Source: Toensbergia leucococca (Eukaryota). From it: a stretch of DNA of 64,000 nucleotides. Shown in pieces: positions 22,411 through 34,550 of the stretch; within the stretch, counting starts at the first letter, position 1; each line of letters starts with the position of its first letter. The DNA lies in the NCBI GenBank assembly GCA_022813965.1, contig JALDZS010000046.1, positions 62,001 through 126,000 on the forward strand. Direction: 5' to 3'. The notes beneath the pieces were generated by a model. It ran no database searches. It saw only the letters and a list, made by a program, of their open reading frames with translations, and had not been told where the DNA came from. Made by a program: the position numbers and the translations under genes.

Positions 22411-25135
22411 TGGTTTCTCACGTTTCTATCTCAATTTTGAAGGCTGGCTTCACACTGTCCACTCTTGGCTGGTCTGTCTATGCAGGCAGAGTGGCCCAAA
22501 ACCAATGTTATCGAGGACCACAGGCTATCCAGGCCCGGGTTATTATTATCATGGCCGTCTCGAGTCTTTACAACCAAATGTCAGTTATTCAAGCGATAAT
22601 CCAAAGAGATGTGTTTGCACAGCACCAGCAGCTTGCTGCTGTTTAGGAGGGCAAGGGACAAAGACCGGCTTTTAGTCGACAAGGTAGTATATCAGGAAAA
22701 AGGATGTCGGTTCGGCGGAGACTTGAGGTGGTGTGTGGTGTGGTGTGGTGTTTTAGATGTACAGAACCGAGTGGGGTATGGTTATCGCGAAAGAACGTTG
22801 AGACAGTGATAACAGGCTACTAGAGGTCAGACCAGCTCGATAGGTAGAGGAGAATGATGTACCCCAAATAAGCAAGACACAAGAATAAAATTAGTCGATG
22901 ATGGAATGGGAGAGCAAAATAGATTGTTGCTGTATTGGGCAGCACTCTTGCTCATGACGAGCAAATGAGGTAAAATAGTTGTCCCTGCCCCACTAGTTCC
23001 AGAGTCGGTGCGGTAGAAGTAGAATAGAATAGCCGGACGGCGTGTCAAGCATGGGCGATTGTGGAATTGAACGTGGGCTATCAAGAGTCAAACGAATGTC
23101 ACAATGATCATGGCAAGACAGGCTGCAATTGCTTGTGAGACAACAGAGAAGAAGTCGGATATTTCCCGGCAACTTCACAACGGTGGGCTCCCCAGGTTTT
23201 TTCAACAGGCCTGATTGGCTGGAAATCCTATGCGGCATGGGAAAAGACTATTAGCACTCGAGACTGCACACCACCTCGCCCAACCAATATCGCCATACGG
23301 ATAGCTCCTTGGCTTCTACCTAGTTCTACGAAGTATCGATTGAAGCTTTCACAAATCAACCACTTGCCCCATGCCTTGTCTCTTTGTGAAGCAGTTTCCT
23401 TCTATCTCCCTCCACAACATCAACTGGACGATGGCCATCGTCAAAGCCACCTCCAAAGGTGAACATGACCCGAACTCCAAAGCCCTGAGTGCAAGTTCAT
23501 TTCAACCCCCAACCGAGTAACTTTTTTGGAGAAGAAAGAGGCTGTCTAGTGCTTTGCTCTAACCCCAAGTGAGGTAGACCAGATATGCCCGGAATCATGT
23601 TTCGTGCATCGCATCGCACTACACTTTCTCCCGCTCATCATGATCAGCCCCTAGTGAACCCTTAGATACTTACCCCAGGTCACCAAGGTCTCTAACCGAC
23701 CGCTTTCTCCACATTCTCATTCATCCCTCCTCGGAGAGCCTGTTGTGATTCGCCATCCCGTGTTCACGCTACAGACGACCTCTTGAACGCGAACACACAT
23801 AGATAATGCGTGCCAAGCATATCTCCCGTGCAGACGGCATGCGGGACGGAGGAATCGCCGGCTGCTTTTGCTTCTGCTCCTGCTTCGCCTTGTGCTTGCA
23901 GTGCATGTCAAACGTGTCAACATCAGGTGAAGTCATCATTGCATGTCCCATACATAGGTGGGTAGAAAGGCAACACTGGTCTGGCCTTAGCCTTGATCGC
24001 CTCGGATCCGCGATATAATTTGAGATTTGCTTTGGTGTGTGATGAAAAAGTGTACTTGATTTCTCTTTACGTCTAGTACAACTTGATCATTTTCATTCTA
24101 CATATCAGAAGTCTGGGTATTGTTTGCTTAGGGCAGCATGTTGTGAAGGTGAACTCGGCATCTGCCTCTTTTGTTAGATGGGGCTAATAGTGAAATGCTC
24201 GGGATATCCTTGCCTCTCCATGTGGCCACTCATCAATCATTTGTGGCAGACTAGTGGTTTGATGTCGCAATTGCAAAAAATCCTACTCTACGCCTAAATT
24301 TTGTTGTTCCAACAGCAGACGTGGATCAGCATATATGGAGAGACTACAGGCCGAGTGCATTCTATCCACGGAATAGATAATATGTCAAGGTGGTCCCATT
24401 GCTGGAATTCTCAAATTCGAATCTCCGATAGATTAAGCTACCTTACATCAAAATTCATGCACGAGGACTGATCAGGCCCACTAACAATACGCCCTTACGA
24501 ATGATGAAGAGACACGATACAATCTAGAATGGTCTTCTAAGGAGCATCAAGACTAAATCACATGATGATGGTGAAGACTAGAATAGCTATTCTCAAAGAT
24601 ACCTCGATCCCTATGTACTCCAAGGACTGACCCCACCGATCTTCACATGTTAGAAATTTCTGTTTCTAGCCTTATCTTTGTCGCTATTTTACTAGTGGCC
24701 GGCTTGGCACTCGTTGCCTCAGGTACAGCTTCATGTTTACCTGTTTCAGTCAAGCCAAATTCAGCTCGCGGTCTGAACTGATTTGAACATCCTAATTGGA
24801 TCGCTCGGATGGATAGTGGGTTGATCGAGGCCAGCTGCGGTCGGCCACCCCCCCACTAATGCTCCTGTGGCTTGGTACCGAGTGGGTTTTTGCTCGCCCG
24901 CGACCCCACAGTGCTAATACTCGTGACATCTGCATCTCCCTCATCTGTGTTTACACTGCATTCCATTCCATCTAACATATCCTCCCATTTGCCGCTAATT
25001 GTACCGAGCTTCCAAGTAGCAGACAATCAATCTAGAAAGCTAAAGCCACCTCGATGCTCTTACTCGACATCGACATGCTCCGGTAATCAGTAAACAACAG
25101 AATCCCTTCTCCAACACTGTTCATGGAGGACTGGC

Positions 25136-28078
25136 TTGCCCATATACACACGAGAACTTATTCCAAATACGCTTTCGGGTCTCGTGGTAGGTCTACTAGC
25201 CCTCTTCGTGTGTTCCACTATGGCAAGTCTGCTATACAACCCAACAAGGATTTTCTCATCGCCAGGCGACAATGGGCACTTAATATATGTCTTTCAATCC
25301 GCAACAGCAAGCGTGCAAACTTCGCAATTGCTCTCCTTGAACGCAAGCAAGACTCTCGACGCGGCAAGTCTTCCTTATACAACGGTTTCAAGTTCACTGC
25401 CGTTCCTTGGGGAAGGGCAAAATGAGTCCTATACGCCGATGATAGATGGTGGAGGACGGCTCTATGCCTACGCAGGGAATTGCAGGAATGGGGCACAAGG
25501 AGCTATGTTGTGGAGCTATGCGCCGACAAATGGTACATCCGGTCTTCAAGGAACATGGGTAGAGGCCCCTCTATCGTCTGACAGAGTGTCGGACAGCAGT
25601 GACCTCAACGGCGCAAACTACCTTGCGGCCGGGATAGCCTTTTCGAGTACAGCCGACACGAGCCCAGAAATGTTTGTATTTGGTGGGATGTGTCCAGACA
25701 CAGCTTCGTCCGTTATCGGTGACTGGATACAATCAGCAAATTATTCCAATGTCATGTTGACTATTCAGCAAAGACAATCATCCTCATCCTCATCCTCGTC
25801 TTTGCCAACAACCTACGACGTCGGCAATTCTTCGAGTAAAGGACCACCTGTCTCAGAAGCTGGCTTCAGTATAACCCCTCTTGACCCTACGTTCTCAAAT
25901 TCATCTGATGGTACCAAGAGCCAGCAACAGAATTTTGTTCTTCTGGGGGGCCATACTCAAGATGCTTTCATTAACATGTCCCAAGTCGCTCTTTTCTCCC
26001 TGCCGGAGCAGAGTTGGAGCTTCTTGCCTGTCGCCTCACCCTCGGAGACAGTGAAGACGGATCTTACAGCTCGAGATGCTCCAATGGTAGACCCGAGATC
26101 TGGCCATACCGCAGTGCTTACTTCAGATGGTAAACGAGTTGTCGTTTTTGGTGGCTGGGTTGGGAACTTATCCACTTCAGCAACCCCGCAACTAGCGGTG
26201 CTTGAGGTTGGAGAAGCCTATGGGGGTAATGGGGATTGGCAGTGGACTATTCCTCCTCAAAGCGGCTTGACACCAGAAACCGGGCTCTATGGACATGGGG
26301 TGACTATGCTTCCCGGGGATGTCATGATGGTCATTGGCGGATACTCAATTCCAGCTTCCGACAGTGCTAGAGTGAAAAGATCAGACCTGCTGATGAACAA
26401 CAAAAGTTATTTCTTCAACACAACGTCAAACTCTTGGATTTCGAACTACACCCATCCAGCAGACCTACTTGGAGATGTGCCATTGCCCGATTCTAGCCCG
26501 GACGATATGACACCTGTAGAAAAAGCAGGACTAGGCGCAGGTTTGACTTTGGGATTTGCTGCGATCCTGGGCGCAATCATCGTTTATTTTTGGTACAATC
26601 GCCGGCTGAGACGCCGGAGGGAAGTCCGCAATAATGAACTACGGGATCTTTCTCTAGGGACACAACGGTTCCATCCTTCGACCCTCGATCATGGCGATAT
26701 AGGTGAAGCAGAGCACCATCCGATAGCAAAAGATGCATACCCTTGGGCTCCTGCCGTTGGAAACACGGCAAACCTTGCTGAGAGGTCTGTCTGGGTCGAG
26801 GACGGTGGATCAAATGCTGAAAGGACAGGTTTGTTAGTAGAGATACCGAGTCCAACCCGAGGGCTTCGTAGATCCCTGTACTCCCGAGGGCATCAGTCTG
26901 CACCAAGATACGACGACGGCCGGCGAAGTCGTGGGTCTGGCCATATTCATTCGATTGACGAGCGTGATGAGTATGAGGAGGAAGTGAACGAGTCGGCGCG
27001 TGCGGCCGAGCCTGAAATGGCACAACGTACTGATGGTGTAATTCTTTTATCCGGCCCAACTCTTGATCCATTCTCCGACCCTGCACACTTGATCAGCGTC
27101 TCAAGAACACCTTCGCCACAGTCACCAGCTCGAGAAAGGGAGCTTGAAGTTCGAAATTGGGTCAGTGACTGGTCAGCCGCCGACGCAATCTTACGGCATC
27201 AAGCTGGCCGGATATCTCCAGAAAAGACGGATCGTACATCTTCCACACTCAGCGAACAGTCAACTCGCTCAACATTATCCGCTCATTCTATTCAGAAATC
27301 TGCCGGAACGCTCAGCAGAAGCATTTCACAACGCTCCGCACGGCTTTTCAATCCTACTCTCCCTGGCTCAGCCAGTCACGCGAGGAACATTTCACCAACC
27401 TTTGATTTTCCAGGAGGTCGTCGCACACGACCAGATTACGACGCCAATTATCCTCGCTCACAATCTCTCACTCTGTTTTCTAGACCGCAACGGACAGACA
27501 CATCCGATATCTTTGCCACAGCAGCCACTTCCTTTGCCCAGCTTCAGTCCCAAGGTGAGGCACTTCTGGGTGGAAACAGCAATCATAGAGATACCTCGCC
27601 CATGAGAACAAACAGCCGGGCGAGAGGTTGGATGGGTAGCATGCGCCGTGCCTTCACCGGCGGTGACCGAGGCACATACACCTCTCCTGAAAACGGAGTT
27701 CGCAGCTCGTCCTCTTCTCCAACGAAAAACCACCACACAGACTCGGGAATTCCAAGACGTGCAGCTAGCGCAGGGGCGATGCTATGGCAAAAGAGACAAG
27801 GCGCCAAGGACTGGGATGTTGAGGGTGGAGGAATGGAAGGAGATTATCGAGACTCGGGGTTGCAAGCTGGAGATGATGAGGAATGGGACGTAGAATCTGC
27901 AGTGGAGAGAAGGGTGGTTCAAGTCATGTTCACGGTGCCAAAGGAAAAGTTGAGAGTGGTCAACCGAGGCCCGGACGGAGATGGTGAGAGTGTCCTGAGT
28001 TTTGAATGCGAAGGTGCAGCAAAGAGGGACGAGGAGAAGGGGAAGGGAAAGAATAAGATGATACAGGATCAACGATAA
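25136..28078 (+). CDS. Kelch/galactose-oxidase-type beta-propeller single-pass membrane protein; 5' end uncertain
   Basis: Kelch GG motifs (MFVFGG, FVLLGG, PRSGHTAV..VVVFGG, LYGHG..MVIGG); TM segment AGLGAGLTLGFAAILGAIIVYFWY followed by RRLRRR; long cytoplasmic tail. Confidence 0.85.
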   Translation: MPIYTRELIPNTLSGLVVGLLALFVCSTMASLLYNPTRIFSSPGDNGHLIYVFQSATASVQTSQLLSLNASKTLDAASLPYTTVSSSLPFLGEGQNESYTPMIDGGGRLYAYAGNCRNGAQGAMLWSYAPTNGTSGLQGTWVEAPLSSDRVSDSSDLNGANYLAAGIAFSSTADTSPEMFVFGGMCPDTASSVIGDWIQSANYSNVMLTIQQRQSSSSSSSSLPTTYDVGNSSSKGPPVSEAGFSITPLDPTFSNSSDGTKSQQQNFVLLGGHTQDAFINMSQVALFSLPEQSWSFLPVASPSETVKTDLTARDAPMVDPRSGHTAVLTSDGKRVVVFGGWVGNLSTSATPQLAVLEVGEAYGGNGDWQWTIPPQSGLTPETGLYGHGVTMLPGDVMMVIGGYSIPASDSARVKRSDLLMNNKSYFFNTTSNSWISNYTHPADLLGDVPLPDSSPDDMTPVEKAGLGAGLTLGFAAILGAIIVYFWYNRRLRRRREVRNNELRDLSLGTQRFHPSTLDHGDIGEAEHHPIAKDAYPWAPAVGNTANLAERSVWVEDGGSNAERTGLLVEIPSPTRGLRRSLYSRGHQSAPRYDDGRRSRGSGHIHSIDERDEYEEEVNESARAAEPEMAQRTDGVILLSGPTLDPFSDPAHLISVSRTPSPQSPARERELEVRNWVSDWSAADAILRHQAGRISPEKTDRTSSTLSEQSTRSTLSAHSIQKSAGTLSRSISQRSARLFNPTLPGSASHARNISPTFDFPGGRRTRPDYDANYPRSQSLTLFSRPQRTDTSDIFATAATSFAQLQSQGEALLGGNSNHRDTSPMRTNSRARGWMGSMRRAFTGGDRGTYTSPENGVRSSSSSPTKNHHTDSGIPRRAASAGAMLWQKRQGAKDWDVEGGGMEGDYRDSGLQAGDDEEWDVESAVERRVVQVMFTVPKEKLRVVNRGPDGDGESVLSFECEGAAKRDEEKGKGKNKMIQDQR

Positions 28079-29418
28079 GAGCGCTTGGAATGTGGGGGTA
28101 TACTTGTCATGGTGAATATTTCGGAGGACTTTTGTCATCGTCGAGCACAGCGATGATTATTCAGCAGCGAAGGATGTACCGGTGTTCAGGAATTAAGTAC
28201 ATATTCCCCTCGATGGTCGAAAACGGACATCGTGTTATGTCAGTAAAAAGGGCTATTTTTAACGATTGTGGAGCAGGGCTGTGCAATGTAGCAGTGTAGG
28301 TACGAGTTCGGAGTACAGGAGTGGGTCTAGGACGAAGGTGAAACGATTTGAATGATTTGAGTGGTTGTAGAATGTTAATGGTTCGTCGAGAGCAAGCTAG
28401 GCCAGCTCAGCCACGTGCTCTTTGACGGGTATTGATCCTCTGTATACAGTATGAGGGCATTATTGAACAATATCCATAGATGACAGGGGAAGAAGTGAAG
28501 AGGTAAAGACTGAAGAGCTGAAGAGGTGATGGAATCGAGGAATAGTAGGCGCTAGGCGTGGGCACTGCATGCACCATGTTCTATCTTGGACTTCATCTTC
28601 ATACCCACACACCCACATATCAACACCATCAAGCAGCTCCATTTGTCCCATCTTCTTCGTGGAGCCTTGAAAGCTTCCATTTTCATTCGATGCCATATAC
28701 ATATCATCGTCCGGATCTGTCTAGTCGTCTGCCCTGCCTCAAAGTCAAGCCCAACATGCTCAAGGCATACTCTCCGCGAACCTGAGACTGCCTTGGCCTA
28801 AATACTCGCCTGCCTACGCCACGGATCGTGTGCATGCATGCATCATCCTCCTCGTACCGCTGGCTACAAGTAGAATTACATCAACGTGCTCTTGAAATCT
28901 CGCTAATTTGCCTGGAGACGGCGAGACCAAGCACTACCTGGAGGATACTGCTAGAGGCTGTCTTCATCTACCTACTACAGCAAGCAGCGCATCTACAGAG
29001 TACATGCCCTAGAGTCAGGCGCCAATACTCTGTAGGCAAGCCTCCAACCGCCATTTGTCTGAGCGTCCAAAACACTCTAGTTCCATCCATCGCCACACCA
29101 TCGGCGAGTCGGCCACATCGTTGGCTCTCCCGCACGCTTGAAACAGGTCTGAATCACCAAATCAGCAAGCATCATCGACCTCGCTACTCTAGGCTGACAT
29201 TGGGCGCATTAATCCCCAAGCTCTTTGCATTTCCTGATAACATTTCCACTTTCCGCTACACCGCCCCAACCCTGCGCCCGCGTCTGCAGCCATTCTCCTA
29301 AATTGTCTTACTACGCTTAGAGACCCTTTTCACAGCCCTCCAGGTACCTGGCAGTTTAGCCTGAGCTTGTGCGCTTCCGTCCTTATTCTAAGTAAAGCTT
29401 CGATATCACCGGCTAAGG

Positions 29419-31763
29419 ATGGAGCAAAATCGTGGGAGGTCGTTATCCGTCGGGCGCCAACAGAAGCACGGTATAAGGCATTCACCTTCACCGCAGCCTT
29501 ACATCAACAACATCTCCGATCCAGGTCTAGATCCCTCTGTCACCAACTCCACGTTTACCCCCGGCGATTTCAACCCACATGTCCCACCTACAACAGGTGC
29601 CGAACCACAATACGATCTTTCTACACACTACCTCGGCACAAGTTCATTGCCTGCGCAGTACGAGCAGCACATACTACCGAGTAACGCCTTTCAAAGTCAA
29701 GAGCTTGGGCAGTCATATGGGAATGATGATCTGATGTCGAATGTGCAGCATAGGCCTTCGCACTTGAACCTTCGGCAATCCAGTCATCAATTTTCGTCGA
29801 CCTTGATTGGCGCAGATGCACCTGCCCATTTCAATGACTTTCCCCAATCACAAGACCTCGCCCAAGAACACGGAAAAGCTACCGACAACACCTTTTTGTT
29901 AGATCCTCAACTCCCAGGGGATGGCCAAACACAGAACCAGTCTATCAATCCAGCAGATATACAGATAATGAGCAACATGTCATCCCCGCAGAACTTCATG
30001 CCTACTCCTTCGAACCTAGTACATACAGCCTCTCGGTCCTCTCCGCGACAACAGTCTCCAGTATCCAACCATGCTCAATTCTACTCTCCGAACCACTCGC
30101 GGAATACTTCACTAGATCCATCAAGTGCAGCATTTGCACATGGCCAGCAACCTGCGGATTGGACGGGTATGCTTGGAGGAACACAATTTCAGACACACCG
30201 GAGAGCCCCGTCAGAACATTCGGATGTCTCCTCAGTCGCTCCATCACCTTTCATTTCACAGCAAGACAATTTTGATACGTACGATCAAAGTCGGTCGCCA
30301 ATGATGAATGCTCAGCAGGACAACAATGTGTATAACGAGGCGCTTGGGATGGAACAGTTTAGTCTTTCTGATGCGCGACCTCAGCAGCAACCGAAAATCA
30401 GTCCTAGGCATAGCCCCTATGTGTCTCCTCGAATGGCACCGCAACCAGGACTTGGTATATCACGGGACGATTCTTTCATGCTAGCGCACGATATGCACAA
30501 TAATTTTAACGGAGCCGCTGGATCAGATCTGTACACCAGTCGATCTGATCAAGGATTTTCAAATTTTGATCTGAGCCACGAGTCTGTTGATATGGGTCAA
30601 GCTGCACAGATGGTTCCACCGGAGATAAATGTAGAATTCGCACCATCAAGACAGCAAAATTTCGAATCAATAGAAACAGAAAATGACGCGGATGCCCTGA
30701 GTCCCCCCGAACGGGGTAAGTCAAAAGTTTAATCCGATGAAGATTGATTCTGACATGAGATAAAGGACGCAGAGGGCGTATTCGCGCGAAATCAGACCCT
30801 TTTGGCACCTCTATATCTCGTCCTCTGACTCCCACGGACACGTCTCCCAACCTCACTTCTATTGATCCCAACCAACGCAATCGATCTCTTTCTCCCTTTG
30901 ACGTGTCATTCCCTACCAACAATTCCCGTGACACGTCGCCTGCCTCTAAATCTTCTCGTCGCTCCTCTACGTCTTCTATTAATCCGAATCGCGACTACAT
31001 CCTTGAACTCGCTGATCCAAACCGCCCGTCTGCATCCGGAACAGATAGCAAGCGTGTTCAAAAACACCCGGCCACCTTTCAATGCACCCTCTGTCCAAAG
31101 CGGTTCACGCGGGCTTACAATCTTCGGTCTCACCTTCGAACGCATACGGATGAGCGACCCTTTGTCTGTACCGTGTGTGGAAAAGCATTTGCGCGCCAAC
31201 ATGATCGCAAGAGACACGAGGGTCTGCACAGTGGCGAGAAGAAGTTTGTCTGCAGGGGTGAGCTTGGCGCCGGTGGTAATTGGGGGTGCGGAAGGCGATT
31301 TGCTCGAGCGGATGCGTTGGGACGGCATTTCCGTAGCGAGGCTGGGAGGGTTTGCATCAAGCCGCTGCTGGACGAGGAGGCGATGGAACGGCAGCGAGTT
31401 TATGATGAACAGATGATGAATCAAAGCATGCAAGTGCCCAATGCCGGTATGCAACATCCGTCGCTGCCGTCACAGAGGATGGATATCAACGGTGGTGGGG
31501 GCGATACAGGGGTTTTCACTCTACCTGCTGCGTTGCTGGCGCAATATCCTGCTTTGCAAGGGTTACAGTGGGATCAGCTACCGGCGGATGATGGGGGTGA
31601 GTTGAGTGGAAGGAGCAGTTTCGATGCTAGTAGTGGAGGGGATTATTATGAAGATGATGGCGAGGCGGGGGGGTATGTCAGTGGGCCGGGCACGGGGTTT
31701 TCCACGGGTAACCAGTGGGGCGAAGGGCATCATGAGTGGGCTAGTGATTATGAAGGGAGGTGA
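29419..31763 (+). CDS. crzA: Calcineurin-responsive C2H2 zinc-finger transcription factor
   Basis: Exons 29419-30715 and 30766-31763. PxIxIT-like [19 protein letters not shown]; fingers [23 protein letters not shown] and [40 protein letters not shown]. Confidence 0.96.
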
Positions 31764-32351
31764 AGTGAGTTGGGGGAGGGGGGGTTTGTACATGACTTTG
31801 TTTTTCTTTTTTCTATTTTCTTTTTTTTTTTGTGTATCTTTTAGCATTCTGGGAATTCACCGTATACCATTGCTGTTTTTGTGGTTTTTTTTTTTTTTTG
31901 AAAGGGGGAGGGCGACTTGTGCTTTGTTTGGGCAGATTAGTGAAGACTTGGGAGACTGGGATACAAGTAGTGTACCTACGCTTCCTAAGGTACCTACCTA
32001 CCTAACCCCTCTTATTAGGAAACATGGAGATTTTTTTATATTCTGTCTTTTTGGACTGCAGAATTCTTCCGCATCGTGGGCGCGCGCTCTTGACTGCTGC
32101 CCAGACATGAGGACGCCCCAGTGTGTCGACGCAGTTGGAGGTTTTTTGAGATTCTTTTTTTTTTTTTTTTTTTTCTTCTTTACTTTATCTATGCCCCGTG
32201 GAAGACGGGGCCCAAGTGATTGTTGCATGTGTGTGAAATGTGGGAATAGATTTTTAGCTAACTCAGTTGATGATTTTTGTTTTTTGGGGGGGTTGGTGCT
32301 TGATTGTTATGTGTATTAATCTGCACTTCTTTTTCTTTGAATATAAATTGG

Positions 32352-32946
32352 GGGGTTTTTTTTTTTTTTTTTTTTTTTTTAAAGGGGAGGGATAGAGGAT
32401 CTTATCTGTTGAAGATTTTATTTTTTTTGTTGCTTTTTTTTTTGAGGGTCAGGGGGGGGGGATTGCAGTTTGAGTTGATGAGTGAAGAATGAGAGATTGA
32501 GAATGAGTTATAAGTTAGATGCTGCTTTGAGACTGATTGTGAGCAAGATGAGGTTTGTGAGGGGTTGTGTTTGATGAGGATTTGTTTTGTTTGTGCAGAG
32601 AGACATTCAGTTTTTGTTTGTTCTTCTTCTTTTCTTACACATTTTTTTGAGTGAGGTGTGAAAGGTGAGGTTGATCAGAAGGAAGGAAGGTGAGAAGGGG
32701 GGGTGAGGGGGTGATGTTCAATATTTCTGTTTTCAAAAGAGAAAAACATTTGATTTTTAAAAAGTTGAGAAAGGTTTCAAGGTTTGTAAGAATGTGAGTT
32801 TTATAAGATGAAACGCAGATGTAAGATATTTATTTCCCCCTCTTTTTTTTCCCCTTGCTTCATCACTGAACTCAAATAACTTTCAGATTAGTATTCTGTA
32901 AATGTAAATGTAAGCTTTTTTCATCACCCTCTCACATCCCTTTCCT
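32352..32946. other. AT-rich, TG-rich intergenic patch lacking CCA/TGG and nearly all CpG
   Basis: Manual scan: 0 CCA/TGG, 1 CpG (32814), many TGA/TCA; poly-T and poly-G runs. Confidence 0.75.
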
Positions 32947-33493
32947 CCATCTGTTGTAGGGAGCCCAAAGGTGCTGAGAATGTGAACTGAGCTGAAAAAA
33001 TAAGTTTGTGCAAGCAGGTCTAGTGAGACAAGTTGAGTAAGGTGGATGCCTACACTTACCCTTTTCAAGATAATGGATATGGCGGGTTGAGGATGAGGAG
33101 GGTGAGGATGAGGAAGAAAAAAAGATGAAAATTTGCGAACCAAGAGAAGATGTGTGGGTTGAAAGCCTGGTGTTTGCTAGGATGAGAAGGGTGTCTTGGG
33201 ATTTGTGGGGTGTGCGGTAGGTATGATGAGGAAGATAGATGATGTGGTCTCTGCTTGTTTGAGAGATGGTTAGAGAGGAGCGATTCAGCACTGCTACCTA
33301 GGCATCAAAATTTCCAGATTGACTGCCATATGAACTCCAGAGTCTTTCTACGACGTTGTCCTAGTCTCTATTGTGGCTGGACGGAATCAGAATCTCCTTT
33401 TGCACACCGAGAACATTCACCCATGCCAGCAGAATCAAATGACCAAAGATCTTGTTCAGCTTCTTTTCAAATTAATCGATACTCCTGCATACC

Positions 33494-34400
33494 CTAATTC
33501 TCTCCTCTATCATTGTCATTCGTATAAGGAATGGCGCCGAGTGCCTCACCATGCATGATTCCATGTACATATGCTTGGCCCACCCACAAAAAACATGATG
33601 CTGCTGCTTGGACTTTCCTCAATATGACGGGCGTCTTTGACCCCAAAAAGATGCATACGACATCATCCTCCGCATGTCAAAGGGCCTGAATGCCAGGTAT
33701 CCTCTTGAAGTCACGAAAAATCGTCTTCTGAATCCATACCTCGGAAAAGCTTCAAAGTGCAACGACGCCTCACCACCTGGAATCACTCTTTGATGCTTTT
33801 CCACGTCGTATTCGCGAGGATCAACCATGAGGTAACTCTTCGCATCCACGAGCCTTCTGAAATGTCCGCCAAATTCCTCTGGTGCAGAATATCGATCCTT
33901 GCTGTCGGCGTTCCAAATCAAACTTCGCTAAAAGCTTCTTCCCGCTGAGGAGTGTTGATTAAATGCGCAAATGGTGCTGCGTTCATGTCGCGAAACATAG
34001 TCTCATACTATGCGACAATCGTGAAAAAGTTGGTCTGACGCTCCTCCGGGCTGCCATCCCAAGCATTTACCAAAGCAATCGGAATGTTATACTAGAATCC
34101 AAAAACGCTGAGATGGCCCGTACGATCTTTGGGGTCGAGTAAACAGCCAGCCGAAGGACTGCCGACGTTGTGCTAATTATTGCCGTCAGCGCCGAAGAAC
34201 CCAAGGGACTAGTGGTGTTCCACGCATCGTCTGGCAATTCCAAGGAGAAGTCAGGCACCCAGGTGAGACGTCTTCTTGATTGATACAAATTGCATCGATC
34301 CATAACGCTCGATGTGCAGTAACCGCGTTGACGGATCTGAAGGTCCATCCCGAGGGAGCCGCCGCCTAAACCCGCTGGTGCTTGAGATGCTGAAGGGCGA
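33494..34400 (-). pseudogene. HET-domain (heterokaryon incompatibility, HET-6-like) gene remnant
   Basis: Ordered motifs across shifting frames: ALWIDAICINQED (~34308-34270), TWVPDFS, RRFFVTSRGYL, then after a frameshift DDVVCIFLGSKTPVILR..WVGQAYVHGIMHGEAL, stop at 33496-33494. No intact N-terminus. Confidence 0.85.
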
Positions 34401-34550
34401 CATAGAGATTACTGGTAACTTCAAACGACTAACAGGCTCATTTCGAGACTCACTGGTATTCGTCGGAGTTGCTGCCCGCAAAGGTTCTCAGCTTTTTGTT
34501 TTAGGTAGCCAAGAATCAACCCGATTAGTGGATTAGTACGCAATATCTGA

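Noticed and set aside
23666..23680. ATACTTACC resembling the U1 snRNA 5' end
   Set aside because: Continues CCAGG rather than TG, and no U1-70K loop or Sm site is evident; more likely a minus-strand splice-donor-like sequence or chance
24500..24632. ATGATGA...CTGA boxes suggesting a C/D snoRNA
   Set aside because: No terminal stem and no convincing rRNA-antisense guide of 10 nt or more
31606..32319. 237-aa ORF overlapping the crzA 3' end
   Set aside because: Poly-Phe from poly-T runs in the 3'UTR; no evidence it is coding
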